Of a stretch of DNA of 64,000 nucleotides, positions 1 through 14,366 are shown piece by piece. The DNA is from Callorhinchus milii (taxonomy: Eukaryota). The translations under genes and the position numbers were made by a program. The notes beneath the pieces were generated by a model, which had not been told where the DNA came from, made no database searches, and saw only the letters and a list, made by a program, of their open reading frames with translations. The stretch is from contig NW_024704742.1 in NCBI RefSeq assembly GCF_018977255.1, positions 135,658,001-135,722,000 on the forward strand, read 5' to 3'. Each line of letters begins with the position of its first letter. Positions within the stretch are counted from its first letter, which is position 1.

Positions 1-499
1 CACGCACATTCTGTTTTCAGTCAGAACCCATCAAACCAAAACACTATGATTCCCACACACAGTATGGACGGATATTTCCATCCGAATTAAGAGCTCAGAG
101 GCTCTGTGGCTCAGAGGTAAGGGTCGGGGAACTTTATAGTGTAGTGTGTTGAGGAATCTGCTGGAGTTCAACCAGCAAGTGCTCGCTTGCACTACCCTAC
201 CCGTAAGGCTGGGCTGTGCTGTCATCAGCAGTGCCCTGGAATACTGCAGACCTGCCTGGCTCAGGAACCAGACTAGAATCTGTCATAGAAGGTGGCCTTG
301 ATTCCAAAATACCACGGCTAGGCAACTCAGCCCCAAGGAGATCCCTCTCCAATCTGCCTCTTCCCCCCACCCCCCTTCCCAGGATACTCACTTGGTGGTT
401 TCAAGCAGGATAGCATTACAATAGTCAAGTACTAGTTACACATATACGGGCACACACACAGTGCTCTATTAACATCATAACACTGAATACGTCACACAC

Positions 500-1755
500 A
501 TTCACTCCAATCGGGTTTCCTCGACGCCCACAGCACAGAAACAGCTTTGGTCAAGTGACAAATGATAGTGTACATCTGCGAAGAGTGCTCCCTCTGTCTC
601 CTCGTCCTCCTTGACCTCTCTGCTGCCTTCTATACCGTTGATCACTCTATTCCTCATCCACCGCTCTCCCCTCACCTCAACCTTCATGGTTCTGTCCTTG
701 AATGGTTCAGATCGTACCTCTCACACTGTCTACACTTCATCTCCACAGACGGCTTCTCCGTTAGCCCCCGCACCATCTCATGCGACATTCCTCAGGGCTC
801 TGTCCTTGGTCCCCTCCTCTTCAATATCTATACGTTCCCTCTTGGTGACATCATCTGCAGATGACACCCAGCTTTACCTCTCTGCCTCCACCCTCATAGT
901 ATGAGAGCTAACTTTCTTCAGCTGAACATCAACAAGACCGAGGCTCTCCTAATCGGCTCCCATCAGTGCCTCCACACCTCAGGCGCTGACAGCATCACCA
1001 TCCATGGTTGCACACTGCACTTGCCTGAGCGAGTCCGGAGCTTTGGCGTCTATCCTTTCAACCCCATATCCTTGCTATGCCCTGCTCTGCCTTCCTCCAC
1101 CTTCAGAACATCGCCCGACTTCGCCACAGTTTCACACCGCAGGCCACCGAGACCCTCATACATGCTTTCATTACATCCAGGATTGACTATGCAAACTCCT
1201 TGCTTGTCGGCTTCCCCAACTCTTCTTTCCATAGGCTGCAGATTATCCAGAAATTTGCAGGCTGTGTCCTCTCCTGCACCAGGATCCATGACCCCGTCAC
1301 CCCCATCCTCGCCCAACTCCACTGGCTTCCCATCACACAGAGGTTACAGTTCAAGATCCTGGACCTCACCTTCAAAATCCTCCACGGCCTCGCTCTCCCC
1401 CTACCTCCGTGACCTCCTAACCCCCTACCAATCTGCCCGTTCCTTCTGCTCAGCCTGCTTCACATCACCCGCCTTTCCCACCCCACCATTGGCTGGCGGG
1501 CCTCCAGCCACTCTGCCCTCACCCTCTGTAACTCCATCCTGCAGTCCCTCTGCCTCGCCCCTGCTCTAGCCTCCTTCAAAACCCATCTCAAGACCCTCCT
1601 CCTTGACCGTGCCTTCAATCATCCTCCTTCACCCCCTGCCCTCCACCTGCCCTGATCCCGACCCCCAACTCTGGTCTGAAACAACTGATTGTCCAGCGTC
1701 TTGGAACATCCTCCCAACGTGAAAACTCTATGCAAATGTAATTGTGTTGGTCTTG
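500..1755 (+). mobile_element. L2-clade LINE, decayed 3' part (RT and tail)
   Basis: Frameshifted peptides [45 protein letters not shown]. Confidence 0.9.
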
Positions 1756-2339
1756 TTGTTTCATACACAACACATACACACGCTCACTGCATACACCACA
1801 TATACACTGACTGCATGCACACGACAATAATAATAATCTTTGCATTTGATATAGCGCCTTATCGATGCCTGTAAGATGCCTCAAAGCACTTCATAGAATG
1901 TACCATAAAGTGAACTGACTGTATATTTTATGGGCGAAACATGGTAGCCAATTGAGCACAATAATATCCCACAAACTGAGTGACCCCTTTTTTTTTGTGG
2001 GATGAAATATTATCCCGGGAAAGCGATCCCGCCAATCAACAATAGATACGCACACACAACACACACATACATGACAATAGTATAATAAAATGGACAGTGT
2101 GTTTAGGAGAAGCCTGAAGGAATGCGGCAGAGCTGACATTCTGGAAAGTATGCCAACCTGAGTGGGAGGGAGGGTGTGATACAACCAAAACTTGCATTCA
2201 CTCAGTGCCTTCCACTTTCCTAGAGCTTTAATTATAATAATAATGCTTTCATTTGATACAGCCCCTTTGAGAAGTCTCAAAGCGCTTCACGGGAATTACT
2301 GTAAAATAGATTGATTATGTATTTTGTGAGCGAAACATC

Positions 2340-2800
2340 TTTACAACATTTTGCATTTATACAGAGCCCTTCAGGCAGGACAGCTTAACAATGACGGAGC
2401 CTGACACCGAGCTGGGGGGAGTGGGAAAGTGACCATAGGCACAGTCGAAGAGGTAGCTTTTGAGCAGAATTTTAAAGACCGACAGAGAGCGAGAGAGGGA
2501 GAGAGAGAGGGAAAGAGGGAGGGGTTGTGACGGAAAGGTTGAGGGAGTTCCTGAGGGTCGAGAGGTGATGGGGTGTGTGCTGTGCGGCTGAATTTGTTGA
2601 GCGGAGGGAGCGGGCAGGAAAGTGAGACTGGAGGGAGTCATGGAGGAAGGGAGGGATGAGGGTGCGTAAGAATTTGCGAGTGAGAATCTTGACATGGAAC
2701 CACTGGGAGCCAATAGGGCCTGGCAAGTATTGGGATGACGGGAGTGGGAGTGAGGATGCGGGCAGCAGAGTTTGGGGTGAGATGAACCTTGCGGAATTAG
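2340..2800 (-). mobile_element. L2 LINE 3' fragment
   Basis: Reverse complement matches the L2 3' end seen at 1300-1750 (QWFHVKIL, FK.LLKSYLFD.AY). Confidence 0.7.
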
Positions 2801-2819
2801 AGAGATCAGAGGGAGAGAG

Positions 2820-3270
2820 TCAGCCGGGTGCCTGACACACGCAGAAACCCATCACCATGCTTGAGTCTCCAAACCAAGCTGACAATTCCATGCATCCCAC
2901 TTACACGTGGAAATCCCAGAAATAGAACGGAATGCGCTCTCTCTCACTGGAGGGACCCATCCTGCTTACCCAATTCCAGAAAGTAGTAGGCGCAGGTTGG
3001 CAAGAGCCACGCACGGCTAAGGGGTCTCAGAGTGTGCGTTGGGGTAACTGCTGGAGTCTAATCAGCTAAAACTGCATAGCTTGCCATTGATATCACTGTC
3101 TGGCAAGCTTTCCCACTGCTTGTCCAGCTAGGACCACCCTATCCATTATGGTTTGGGTTTGCAGGATTAACAGGAGCTGAGTGGGGTGATTACCTGTCCC
3201 CAGTGACTGGTCCTCCTTGCCAGGTCGTCCCAATGAGCCAGGGTTAGCAGGACCGAGAAGGAGTATGTTT
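2820..3270 (-). repeat. Unclassified dispersed repeat family (about 0.55 kb), copy
   Basis: Shared text gtcagccgggtgtctgacac...gcaggttggcaagagcc...gagcttgccattgatat also at 24251, 29861, 33000 and 35076, and inverted near 33900, 39200 and 58750. Confidence 0.8.
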
Positions 3271-6200
3271 GATAAGTCAAGTCATTGACAAAACAGCTCT
3301 CTCCCCCTTCCCAGAACTGGAGCATTTGCCTGAACTTTGAGCTCAAAGGCACGACATGAGGGGGCTTGAACTATAAACTTTCTGATCCAGAGGCCAGAGT
3401 GCAACTGACTAAGCCAGTCTGACACTGGATACCTCCTGGTAATTGGCACAAAGAAAGTGAGATGAGACGCCACAAAGATTAAGCCCATAGCAACAAACAA
3501 TACGGACTCCAACAAGCTCCTGAGCCCAAAGGAATGTTCTTAATGCCTCTACGATACTCCCACTCTGTTAGCAATTGTGATTCTCAGAACAGGGGAACAG
3601 GCCCACTGACCCAGATTACATTAGAAGGTTTTATTAAAGGGGAACGCGATACCAGATTAAAAATTGCATCCTCACAGCCATTGGGGATTACTCCAGAGAG
3701 TGGGAATAGTGTGAGAGCATTGGTCTTCGATATTGCCAAGTGAGACATCCACTGAACGATCCTGTTACTGGACTGCAGGGGGTCAAAATTACATTGCAGC
3801 AACAATAAAACCCAAAGTAACTTTAACTATCGCCAAAGCAATACAAAACGGGCGTCAGCCAGGCTCAGTCAGCAGTGCTCTCGCCTCCGAGTTAGAAGGT
3901 TGTGGATTGAAGTCCCCAGGTTGGGGCTTTCAGCCCAGTAGCATTCCAGTTCGGATGTGAAGTCAAACCGAAGTCTCGCCTGTGCCTGTTCAGGTGGACG
4001 TTAAAGATCCCGTGCCACTATTCGAAGAGAGAAGGGGGATTCTCTCTCCTGGTGGCCTGGCCAACAATCCCCCAAATAAAAATTGGTCAGTTAGTCGGTC
4101 GGTCGCTCACTCCCTCGCTCACTCACTCGCTCGCTCACTCACATGACTGATTCTGGGGCATTTCTGTGCACAAATTCCTCAAAATATCTCAATGTTGAAG
4201 AATTTTACTGTAAATCATAGTGACACCTAATTTACAGATGAACACGGCAGCCATTTGCACCCAGCAATGTCCCGCAAACAGGTATGAAATGAATGACTGG
4301 AACGACTGTTTGTGGGACACTGCTGTGCGCAATTGGCTACCGGGTTTCTCCCACAAATATACAGTCATTTCACTTTACAGGCTATTCTTTTGAGGCGTCT
4401 AGAAGACGTGAAAACCGCTATATCAAATGCAAGGATTATTATTATTATTATATGATTTCATGGCTCAAAGGGTGGGGGCAGAAAGGCAGAAGTCCTGACC
4501 GCTGATGGTGGGACAGGCCGGGCGGGGGGGATGGAGCAAGCCGGAACCTGTTGAGCGGAGGGAGCGGACAGGTCTGTAATAATAATAATAATAATAATAA
4601 TCCTTCCATTTTGATATAGCGTCTTATCACGTCTTCTAGACACCTCAAAGTGTGTAACAGAATATAATGTAAAGTTAATTGATTGTGTTTTGTGGCTGAA
4701 ACGTGGCAGCCAATTGCGCACAGCAGCGTCCCACAAACAGTCGTGGATTGAGTGACCGAATTCTTTTTATTTATGGAGTTGGCAGGTCACAGAGGTAGGG
4801 AGAAACAAGGCCACGGGGGCTTTGAAGGCAAGGACGAGGATTTTGAACTCTGACAGAGAGGAAATTCCATAAGCAAAGTGTGTCAGTGACAGAGAAATAA
4901 TGAGAAATGTATTTAAGAGGGGCTTGTTGCTTATATGAGCGAGAATAAATACAGGGGTTTAGGAGGGGCCTCATGTGGAGTATAAACACTGACTAGTTTG
5001 GCCAAATGGCTTGTTATGAGTACACACAGTGTGAGAGAAAGAGAGACAGACCGACAGATAGACAGACTGAGGAAGGCAGTGAGCGACACAGACTGAGGGA
5101 TAGAGTTAGAGAGACAGGCAGACGAGGAATGAGAGAGTGTCTGCGATAGAGACATAGATGCCCACAAACAGAGAGACAGAGACACATAGAAATACACACA
5201 CCCAGAGGCATCCAGAAATCGACCCGGTGGGAAAACTGTACTAGGAATGAAGGAAGTGGTATCGTGGAGTCCAGTGATTCGAGCGCTCACTTCGCAAGCG
5301 AGAGACCCGGGTTCGATTCCCGGCAGGGTGAAACCTTGGACAAGTTTCCTTACTCCACACGCCTGATAATAATCCCTCAAAAAAAATAATAAATTGGTCA
5401 CTTCAATCCACAATTGTCTGTGCGCAATTGGCTGCCGCATTTCGCCCACGAAATATACAGTCACTCCACTTTATGATATATTCTGTGAAGCACTTTGAGA
5501 TGCCTAGAAGACGTGAGATGCAAATGCAAGGATTATTATTATAAATACATTAAGGCGGGGAAGGGGAACTGGAATTTCAAGTTAAATTCCATTCTGGGTG
5601 CTTACCATAATAATAGTAAAATAATAATATTCCTTGCATTTGATATAGCGCCTCATCAAGTTGTTGAGACATCTCAAAGTGCTTCACAGGATATACTGTA
5701 AAATGGCATCCTCACAGCCATTGGGTGAAACTTGGCTGCCAATTGCGCACAGCAGTGTCCCAAAAATAGTCGAGGATTGACTGAGCCCCAGTTTTATTTG
5801 GGGTGGGATTGTTGGCCAGGACACCGGTAGAGAGAAACTACCTTCTCTTTTCAAATGGAGCTATGGGATCTTTAACATCCAACCTGAACAGACAGACAAG
5901 ATCTCAGTTTAACGTCTCATCCAGAGGGCAGCATCTCCGACAATGCAATATACCCCCAGCACTGCATCAGTTTGAATTTTGTGATGCCAAGTCCCCACAC
6001 CTTCCTATCCATTTCCCTCGACAGAAACCTCCCAGGTATCACGGTGCGAAGGAGATGGGGGTGACATTATCAGATAATACACTGCATGCCCCACATAGCA
6101 CTCCACACAAACACAAACACACACACACACAGTCTCTTCCACATCCCCCCACCCCACCACCACCACACCGCCACCAACCCAAACACACACACATGAGCTT

Positions 6201-7459
6201 TGACGCCTCCTCCCATATTGATACCAACTTAACGGAAAAGGGAACCAAGCAAGGGAATGGCAGATGAATCCGCACGAGTAGCCATGAAGTGAATAACCAA
6301 TTCAAAGGGTCGCAAAGCATTTGACTTCCGATCCTTCTTGAACTTGGGTTAATCTGTATTTGCAGGTATTTCCCGATTCCCAATTCACTGCTGTGTGTTG
6401 AATATAATAACTCTTGTATTTTAAATGCCAGCCTGAATCAAGGGTTATTATATACAGTCTATTACCCCGTCTCTGAGTCTGGTTTTGTGGGTTCGAACCA
6501 CGACATTGGCGAGTGCTTCACTGGATTTAAAATGAAGTGTATTGACTGTGTATTTTGTAGATTAACCCGACAGCCGATTTGAGCGCAGCAATGTCGCATG
6601 AACAACCATCGATTTGATTTGGGGGATTGTTGGCCAAGACACCGGGAGAGAGAGAAACTCCCTTCTCTTTTCGAACAGTGCTGTGGGGATCTTTAACGTC
6701 CACCCGAACAGGTACAGAGAGGGCCTCGGTTTAACGTTTCACCCAAAGGACGGAATTTCCAACATTGAGTCAGTTCACCGGCACTTCACTGGAGCGACAG
6801 CCTGGACTGTGAGTTAGTTCAAGACCTGACCTGGGGTTTGAATAGTGTGTTACAGGAACACATGGGGTGCGAGTACAGATTATTTAATTTCACTCAAGGT
6901 CTAATATGGACCGAGAACAGAAAAAGGCCTTTGGGCTCATCGTGTAACTGGGCCAGTTATCCCTATATTATTATCCTTTCTTTATTAACCTAACTTTCCA
7001 GCTCTTTCACCATTTCTCTTCCTATCTTTACTGTTCTAAGGCTCAACCACCGTAAAGTGATGGGCCAATCGACTAACAACCTGGTTCCTAAACACTGCTA
7101 AGTAAACAGAGGTGTGTTGAGTAAGGAATCTTCTAAGGTTTTGCCCTGATTGGGATAGAATCCAGGTCCACTCGCTTGCGAAACGATTGTGCTAACTATT
7201 AGCTACAGGTCTCCACATATGTTATTTTTAAAAGATATATTTAAAAAAAAACTTGTGGCTGTTGTTTGTAAACTGCTCGGATGTAAAAATGTAAGGACAT
7301 AAGAATTTGCTGGGCAAAAGAGGACTAAGGTCCATCTAGTTCGCCTTCCACCATCCTGGCAGTCGCTTGACAATTACATAGCTCACCTTCCTCAACTGGT
7401 TGGTTGACATTTGTCCTTGTTCCTCGAGAGGGGAGAAATTTCAGTCTTGCCAACTGAGA

Positions 7460-8220
7460 GATTGACACACACACACACACGAGAAAGACACATGCATACA
7501 AGACACACACACGAGGAAGAGACACACGTAGCATGAGAGCGACACTCATACACGCAAGAGAGACAAACTCACACGCGAGACACACAATACACATACATGC
7601 AAACGAGAGAGGGAGAGACGCACAGACACCACAGACAGAGAGCGACACAGAGAGAGAGAGAGACAGAAAGATACACACAGATCGAGAGCAAACGAGACAA
7701 ACTGAAGCTTGAAAACACAGCAGATAAAGATTGGAAAACAAACCAAGTGAAGTGCCAACACTTCAGCATACAGGTGACAGCTTGTTACAGAGACTGATCA
7801 TCCACAACCCCAACAACCCCCCCCACACACAGCTGTCTCCCCGCCACTCCCACACACACACACACACAGACCCACACACACACAGCCCCCCACCAGACAC
7901 ACACATATAATCCATCCTACACACATGCACACACAATCCCCCTCACACACATTCACACAGCAACCCCCCCCACCCACACACAGCGCACTCTCCCAATACA
8001 CACACACAGCCCCCACCCCCACACACGCGCAGTGCACCCCCCCCACACACACGCGCACACAGCCCCCCACCACCACCCTCGAGACTGACTATGACACAGC
8101 ACCCCCAGCCCGCCACCCAGTGACCGCCCATCACACAGGACATCCCCTCACCTACACACACAGCCTCCGCGCCCCCGAGAGACTGACAATCAAACACAGC
8201 CACCACCCCCCCCACCCCAC
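7460..8220. repeat. Degenerate (CA)n/(GA)n low-complexity region
   Basis: Visible dinucleotide runs and C/A-rich sequence. Confidence 0.9.
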
Positions 8221-8860
8221 CTAGAAACTATCGCAGAAACGCAGGACATTTCCCTCCGCCCCCACCACAAACGCACAGACCGACTCTCACACAGAGGACG
8301 GTCAGCCTGTCTGCCCCACTGTCCCCCCGCCCCCTTCGATCTGTACTGTGCTGAACTCCGCACATTCCACAAGCAGTGAGTTCAGACTGTAACGTGTTGC
8401 ACACTGACTGGAGGGGAAACGGGCAAACTCAACCGATCGAGAGGGATGCAGCACTTTGCCACAATCATTCATGGTCCCGACGGAGTCTTTAAGGAGACTT
8501 ACTGTGTAGCTTTGCGGGGGTGAGCACACACTCTCTCTCTCTCTCTCTCTCTGGATACTGCGTGTGGATTTTAATCTTCCTTTTCCACTCTGCAGGTAAG
8601 CGACAGACCTCTCTACAGGTTCTCCTCTCTCTCTCTCTCTCGCTCTCTCCTCTCTCGCTCCCTCCCTTCCTACACCTCTCTCCCAATTACCTGTAGAGTG
8701 TCAGCTCTGACATTTCCAAGAGGTGTGGCTTTTGAGAAGTAACTCCACGCACTCCAGACCCAGGCAAATGTCAGCTTCAGAATTTCTAAGGAAGGGGAGG
8801 CGTGGAAATCTGCTCTCTTAAGATTTCCGTGTTTCGGATGAGACGTTAAGCCGAGGTCCC

Positions 8861-9174
8861 ATAATAATCCTTGCATTTGGTATAGCGCTTTTCACGTCGG
8901 GAGGACGTCCCAAAGCGCTTCACAGAACACACTGTAAAGCGAATTGACTGTATATTTGTGGGCGAACGCGGCAGCCAATTACGCACAGCAATGTCCCACA
9001 AACAGTCGTAGATTGAAAATGACCAATTTATTATTGTTTTGGGTTTTGGAGGGATTATTATTAGGCTCTGTGTGGAGTAAGGAAACTTGCCCAAGGTTTC
9101 GCCCTCTGCCTGGAATTGAACTCAGGTCTCTCGCTCGCAAAGCGAGTGCTCTAACCACTGAGCTACAGGACTCC
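8861..9174 (-). mobile_element. Young tRNA(Ala)-headed Deu-core SINE, nested in an older DeuSINE
   Basis: Near-identical to copies at 17150, 44858, 50056 and 51734; splits the host SINE text ...gaggtccc | atctg...gttaaagatccc. Confidence 0.9.
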
Positions 9175-11534
9175 ATCTGTTTGCGCAGCTGGATGTTAAA
9201 GATCCCATGGCGCTATTCGAAAAGAGAAAGGGGTTTCCCTCACCCCGTGTCCTGACCGACAATAAAATTTGGTCGCTCAGCCCACGAATGTTTGTGTGAC
9301 TTTGCAGTCAATTCACTTTACAGTATATCCTGTGAAGCACTTTGAGACGTCTCAACAACGCGATAATATGTAAGCATTATTATTATTTTACGAAACTGTG
9401 TCTGACTTAGTGGGCAGCATTCCTGCCTCCGAGTCCGAAGGTTGTGGATCCAAGCCCCTCTCTCTTCCTCCCCCACACGTCAGGACTGGATTCTAAGCGC
9501 CTTTCACATTGGGCAGGACATCTCAAAGCTGATCACTGGATTTACTGTAAAGTGTACTGACTGTATACTGTGCAGGAGAAATGCGGCAGCCAATTTACGC
9601 AAATAGAGCCATGGGATCTTTACCGTCCAATTGAACAAGCACAGATGGGACCTTGGTTTAATGTCTCATCCGAAGGATGGTCACCTCTGACAATGCAGCA
9701 TTCCCCCGGCAATACATAAGAGTTTCAGCCTAGACTGTGAACGAGGTTAAGCCCCAACTGAGAACATCCAATTTGCACCAGTATAATCTATACTTACCAT
9801 TGTATTAGCATTTGATAAAACATCTATTCTTTAATAGGTGCCCCACAGTTGACAATTTGCACACAGCAATGTGCTCACCAACAGCTGTGAAGTGAATGAC
9901 CAATTTATTATCCTGAAGACTGTCAGCCAGGACACTGGGGAATAATTCCTTATCTTTTCTAATAATTTCACAGCTGTAGAGACATGCACACACACACACA
10001 CATCACTCACCCACTCACGTACAAAATACTCTCACACACACACCACTCACATATACACACACGCATGCACACAAACACCCAACCACCATTTACATACAAC
10101 AACAACAACTTGCATTTATATAGCGCCCCTCACACAGGGTAGCGTTCCAGAACAATTAAGTGTTCCAGAGCGCACGCGCGCGCACACACACACGCACACA
10201 CGTTGATTTGGGAGTGAGATCGGACTCACTATTGAAGAAGATTGGGTGTGTCTCTCTCTGAACAGGAATTTGCAGTTTGACCTGTAAATTTTTAATTTAA
10301 CAAAAAATTTGATCTGCCTCCAGCTTTGCCCCTCCCTCTCACCGCAACCTGCGCCCGCCCCCACCCCACCCAACCCCAGCCTGCGCCACACACCCCCCCC
10401 ATCTGAGTCACCTTCAATGAAGACTGATGAGCTCCTAGCTTGTCTAGTCGTTACTCATAGCTCATTCCTCTAACACTGGGAATCAGCCTCGGCTCCTCTC
10501 CTCCGCACCACCCCTCTAGGGGTTTAGGTAGCCCCTCACACCGCAGGGACCAGAACTTGTACAGATGTTCGCAAAGTCCTGTTACCCCCGCCTGGGTTTT
10601 TTCTTACACTGTTTATTTTCTGTTGCAGATGAGTGGAGGGTAAGATGATAATTATCTGATGATAATAATCCTTGCATTTGATATTGTTATTGTTGAGACG
10701 TCTCAAAGCGCTTCACAGTGTACACTGTAGAGTGGATTTGACTGCGTATTTTTGTGATACCAGTAACTACTATCGAGGAAAGTATTGTGGTCAGTGTCTG
10801 GGTCAATGAACGTCTGAGGGCATTTTAAGGAACGGTTCCAAAAGTGCCCCTCACCCCCCAAAAAAAGATGTTAAACACATGTCCTGAATACCATTAAGTA
10901 TATCTATCAACAGTTATCATCAGTCTTCCACATGTTTCAGTTGTTGGTCAGGGCGCTACAGAAAAAAAACATGGGCGTAACATTTGTGAACTTCCTGTGC
11001 ACAGTGTCCGAGGTGAGGAGTGTCGTAAAAGTCAACGCACTGTTAGTTGGCTGGAGGGGAGAGGAGATGGTGGTTGAAGGGGGCTGAGGAGGCATAGGGA
11101 GTTAGGAGAGGGCTGGGCGGAGAATCTGGGTGTGGGAGGAGGGGTGACAAGAGATGGGTTCAAAGCGCAGTTAAGTTACAGCAAAAATGAGTGAATTTTC
11201 CTTGTCTCTCTTTCTCAATCTCTCTCTCTCTCTCTCTTTGCCGCTTCCTGTTCCAGTAAGCAGTCATTTGATTAGTCAACCTTACATTGGACCCAAATCC
11301 AAGGTCGACAGAGCACACGACCAAATGACATCTCTCCATCTGAAGACCTTCCTCTTTGACCGTGCTTACAGTCACTTACCCCCTTCCCCCCCAGGCTCAG
11401 CATTGTGCTTTGCATCATCAAGTGCTCTGGGATGCTACTTGCGCTGCATGAGGAGTGCTATATAAATGCAACAACAACAAATTAGATTTGTAGAGCGCCT
11501 TTCACACTGAGAGGACATCCCAAGGCACTGTTGT

Positions 11535-11695
11535 TGAGAGGAGGGGAGAGGTAGAGGGGAGGAGGGAGGGAGGGAAGGAAGGGAGAGGTTAGAGGAGGAA
11601 GGGAGAGGTAGAGGAGGGAGGGGAGGGGAGAAGTAGAGGAGGGAAGGAGGGAGGGAAGGAAAGAGGGAGGGAGGGGTGGGGGTGGGAAAGAGAAA
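11535..11695 (+). repeat. Polypurine (GGA/GGGA) tract
   Basis: About 160 nt almost entirely G/A. Confidence 0.9.
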
Positions 11696-14049
11696 CGAAA
11701 ACACACATGACTCCCCTGACAAAGAGGAGCTTTATGTAGAAAGTTTTACAAGAAATGTGCGCGTAATAATCCGATTGAAGTGGAAATGTGAACTTGACAT
11801 TTTACGCTTGACGGACAAAATTGTTAGTCGGCTGGTTTGGGGGGAGGGGTAGAGGAGGGCACTGGAGCTCACAATGCAGGCAATTGAAGGTGGTTTTGCT
11901 CTGATCTCAAAAACAACAGCTTGTGTTGATATAACATGTCGGGTAACGTCTCGGAGAGTTTTACTGCGACAGAGTTAGCCCCGCAGTCTTTCCCTGTCAG
12001 GTCCCAACCTCCCAGATCAGGCTCCGGCTTTTCCAGGCCAGGCCAGGACACTGAGAAACAACTCAATGCCTTGATGGGAAGAAAGTCGGTTGGGTGTTCT
12101 GTCAGAATGAGTTACAATCGGCTGAAGGGGTCTCTTCATCCTGTAGCGAAGTGCTTAGAGCACTCGCCTCGAGGGCGAGGGGACCCAGGTTCGATTCCCA
12201 GGCGGGTCGAAACTTTAGGCAAAAAATAATAATAATTTGATCACTAAATCCATGACTGTGGGATACTGCTGTGCACAATTGGCTGCTGCGTTTCTCCCAC
12301 AACACAGACAGTCAATTCACTTTACAGTATATCCTATGAAGCACTTTGAGACATCTCGAAGACGTGATAAGGCGATATATCAAATGCAAAGATAATAATA
12401 ATTATTATTATTATCCAAACCAATCTTGTGATCTCGAGTAATTCTGAGCCTCTTTAACAGCGAATTCAGGCCCTGATCACACTGCGTTGTGAAATTACAC
12501 TTGTCTGAAGGATTGTTGAGAGAGAGGAACCCCCTTCTCTTTTCGAGGCACGGCGAAGATCTTTAACGTCCACCTGAACAGGTAGATAGTGTCTCGGTTT
12601 AATGTCTCATCTGAAGGACGGCACCTCCCACACAATACAGGGGGCTCTCCCCCCAGCCCCTAACATTACATTGGAGCGTCAGCCTCGTCTGTGAGCACAA
12701 AGTCTTAGCTTTGAACCCACAATCTTCTGACTCACAAAGAATGACTGAGACAGGCTGAGGCACATAATAAACAGTGACTGCTATGCCTGTTTGACCAGAA
12801 TTGCTTCTCACTATTGGTTGTCGCTTCTTTTGCGAAACTTGCCCTGTGGCTCTTTCATGCAAATTCAGTTCTTCCTGGTTGTATGTCTGCAGATTAAATG
12901 CATTTGTTTGATATATATATATATATCTATATATATTTAAGAGCCACATTCCACCAAAGAAGCCGGAGGTATGGAATCTGAGATATGCTGCCCTAATTGA
13001 CAGCAAAGTGAAATGTAAAGCATCAGACTGGACTGGTTTAAGGAACAATGACATATCAGCCATAAATTAGTTCATATTTCCTGAATAACAACAACAACTT
13101 GCATTTACATAGCTGTATTGCTTGACGGTGGCGGGTTTGACCCCAAGCTAAGGGGAGAGGTGAATGGTGACCGTAAGCACGATCAAAAAGGAACGTCTTT
13201 AGGCAAGAGTTGAAAGTGGGGAGGGAGGGAGCAAGGAGGAGGGATTGAGGGGGAGAGTTTCAGGTACAGCCATTGATGGTGGAGTGGAGGGGACGAGGGA
13301 CAAACAGGAGGCCAGAGCCAGCCGAGCGGAGGCAGCTGGTGGTGGACTGGGGATGGGTGGTGGGGGGGGGGTGGTTAAGCAGATTGGAGAGGTAGGGAGG
13401 TGCATGAACGGATTTGAAATCTCTGTTTCGGAAAATTGTCACTCAATTGATGGCAGTTTGTGAGACAATAACTTGCACAAATTGGCTGCTACGTTCGCCT
13501 ACAAAATATACAGTCACTACACAGTGAAGTGTTTTGAGACATCCTCCTGGTGAAAGGTGTAATATCAAACGTTCTCTCTCTCTGTCTCCGGAGTAATGAC
13601 CCCTGGAGCGTGATGAATTCTGGAGCGTATTAGGCATAGGTTGACGAGACACAAACCTTGAGACTTTGATGTGTGCAAATTAGCTGCTGCATTCACCTAC
13701 AAAGATTCCCAGGCGTAGTGAAACCTTAGGCAAGTTTCCTTACTCCACGAGTCTCTGTTTACCCAACAGTAAGTAGGCACCCAACTGTCAGTCGATTGGC
13801 AGATCGTTTTCCGGGGGTAATAAGCCCTATCTAACCCCATCCCCCAAAAAACATAGTCACTCAACCCACGACTGTTTGCAGGACACTGCTGTGCACAATT
13901 GGCTGCTCACAAAGTCAATTCACTTTACAGTATGTGTGAAGCGCTTTGAAACATCTCAATGACCCGATAAGGCTCTGTGTCCAATGCAAGAATTATTATT
14001 ATGACACATAATCTCTACGCTTCACAGAAAAACTCCATGCAGCTACTTA

Positions 14050-14366
14050 AGACATTTTGAAATGCGAGGAATATTTATCATTAAGAATGTGGAGCAGTGA
14101 GCAGCAGCTGGGGACTTGGCTGTGTGTGTCGTGGGCGGCTGTGACTCACGAGAGAAGAGGTTATTAAACAACGGGGAAACACCCACAACAGAGGTGTCTA
14201 TGCTGAAAGCTGCTCACGCTCTGAACCCAAAATGTTTCTCTCTCACTCCACGATTCCAAGCATTTCCCCCTCAGGGAGGAGCCCAGATTCCTCAGCGCAG
14301 GGAATAACCGGAGAAGCAGCTCGGAGAACATAGGAATGTAGAACGTAAGAACATAAGAATTTGCTA
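14050..14366 (+). repeat. 317-bp block, inverted near-identical copy of 60074-60390
   Basis: Direct comparison; the ORF track gives almost the same peptide for 14116..14307(+) and 60133..60324(-). Confidence 0.95.

Noticed and set aside
901..1569. Longest ORF in the track (222 aa)
   Set aside because: Frameshifted L2 reverse transcriptase remnant that drifts out of frame.
6299..6432. Possible minus-strand terminal exon (WHLKYKSYYIQHTAVNWESGNTCKYRLTQVQEGSEVKCFATL*)
   Set aside because: Weak acceptor, unrecognised peptide and no partner exons found.
7325..8224. Cys/Val-rich and His/Thr-rich ORFs
   Set aside because: Translations of (CA)n/(GA)n low-complexity sequence.
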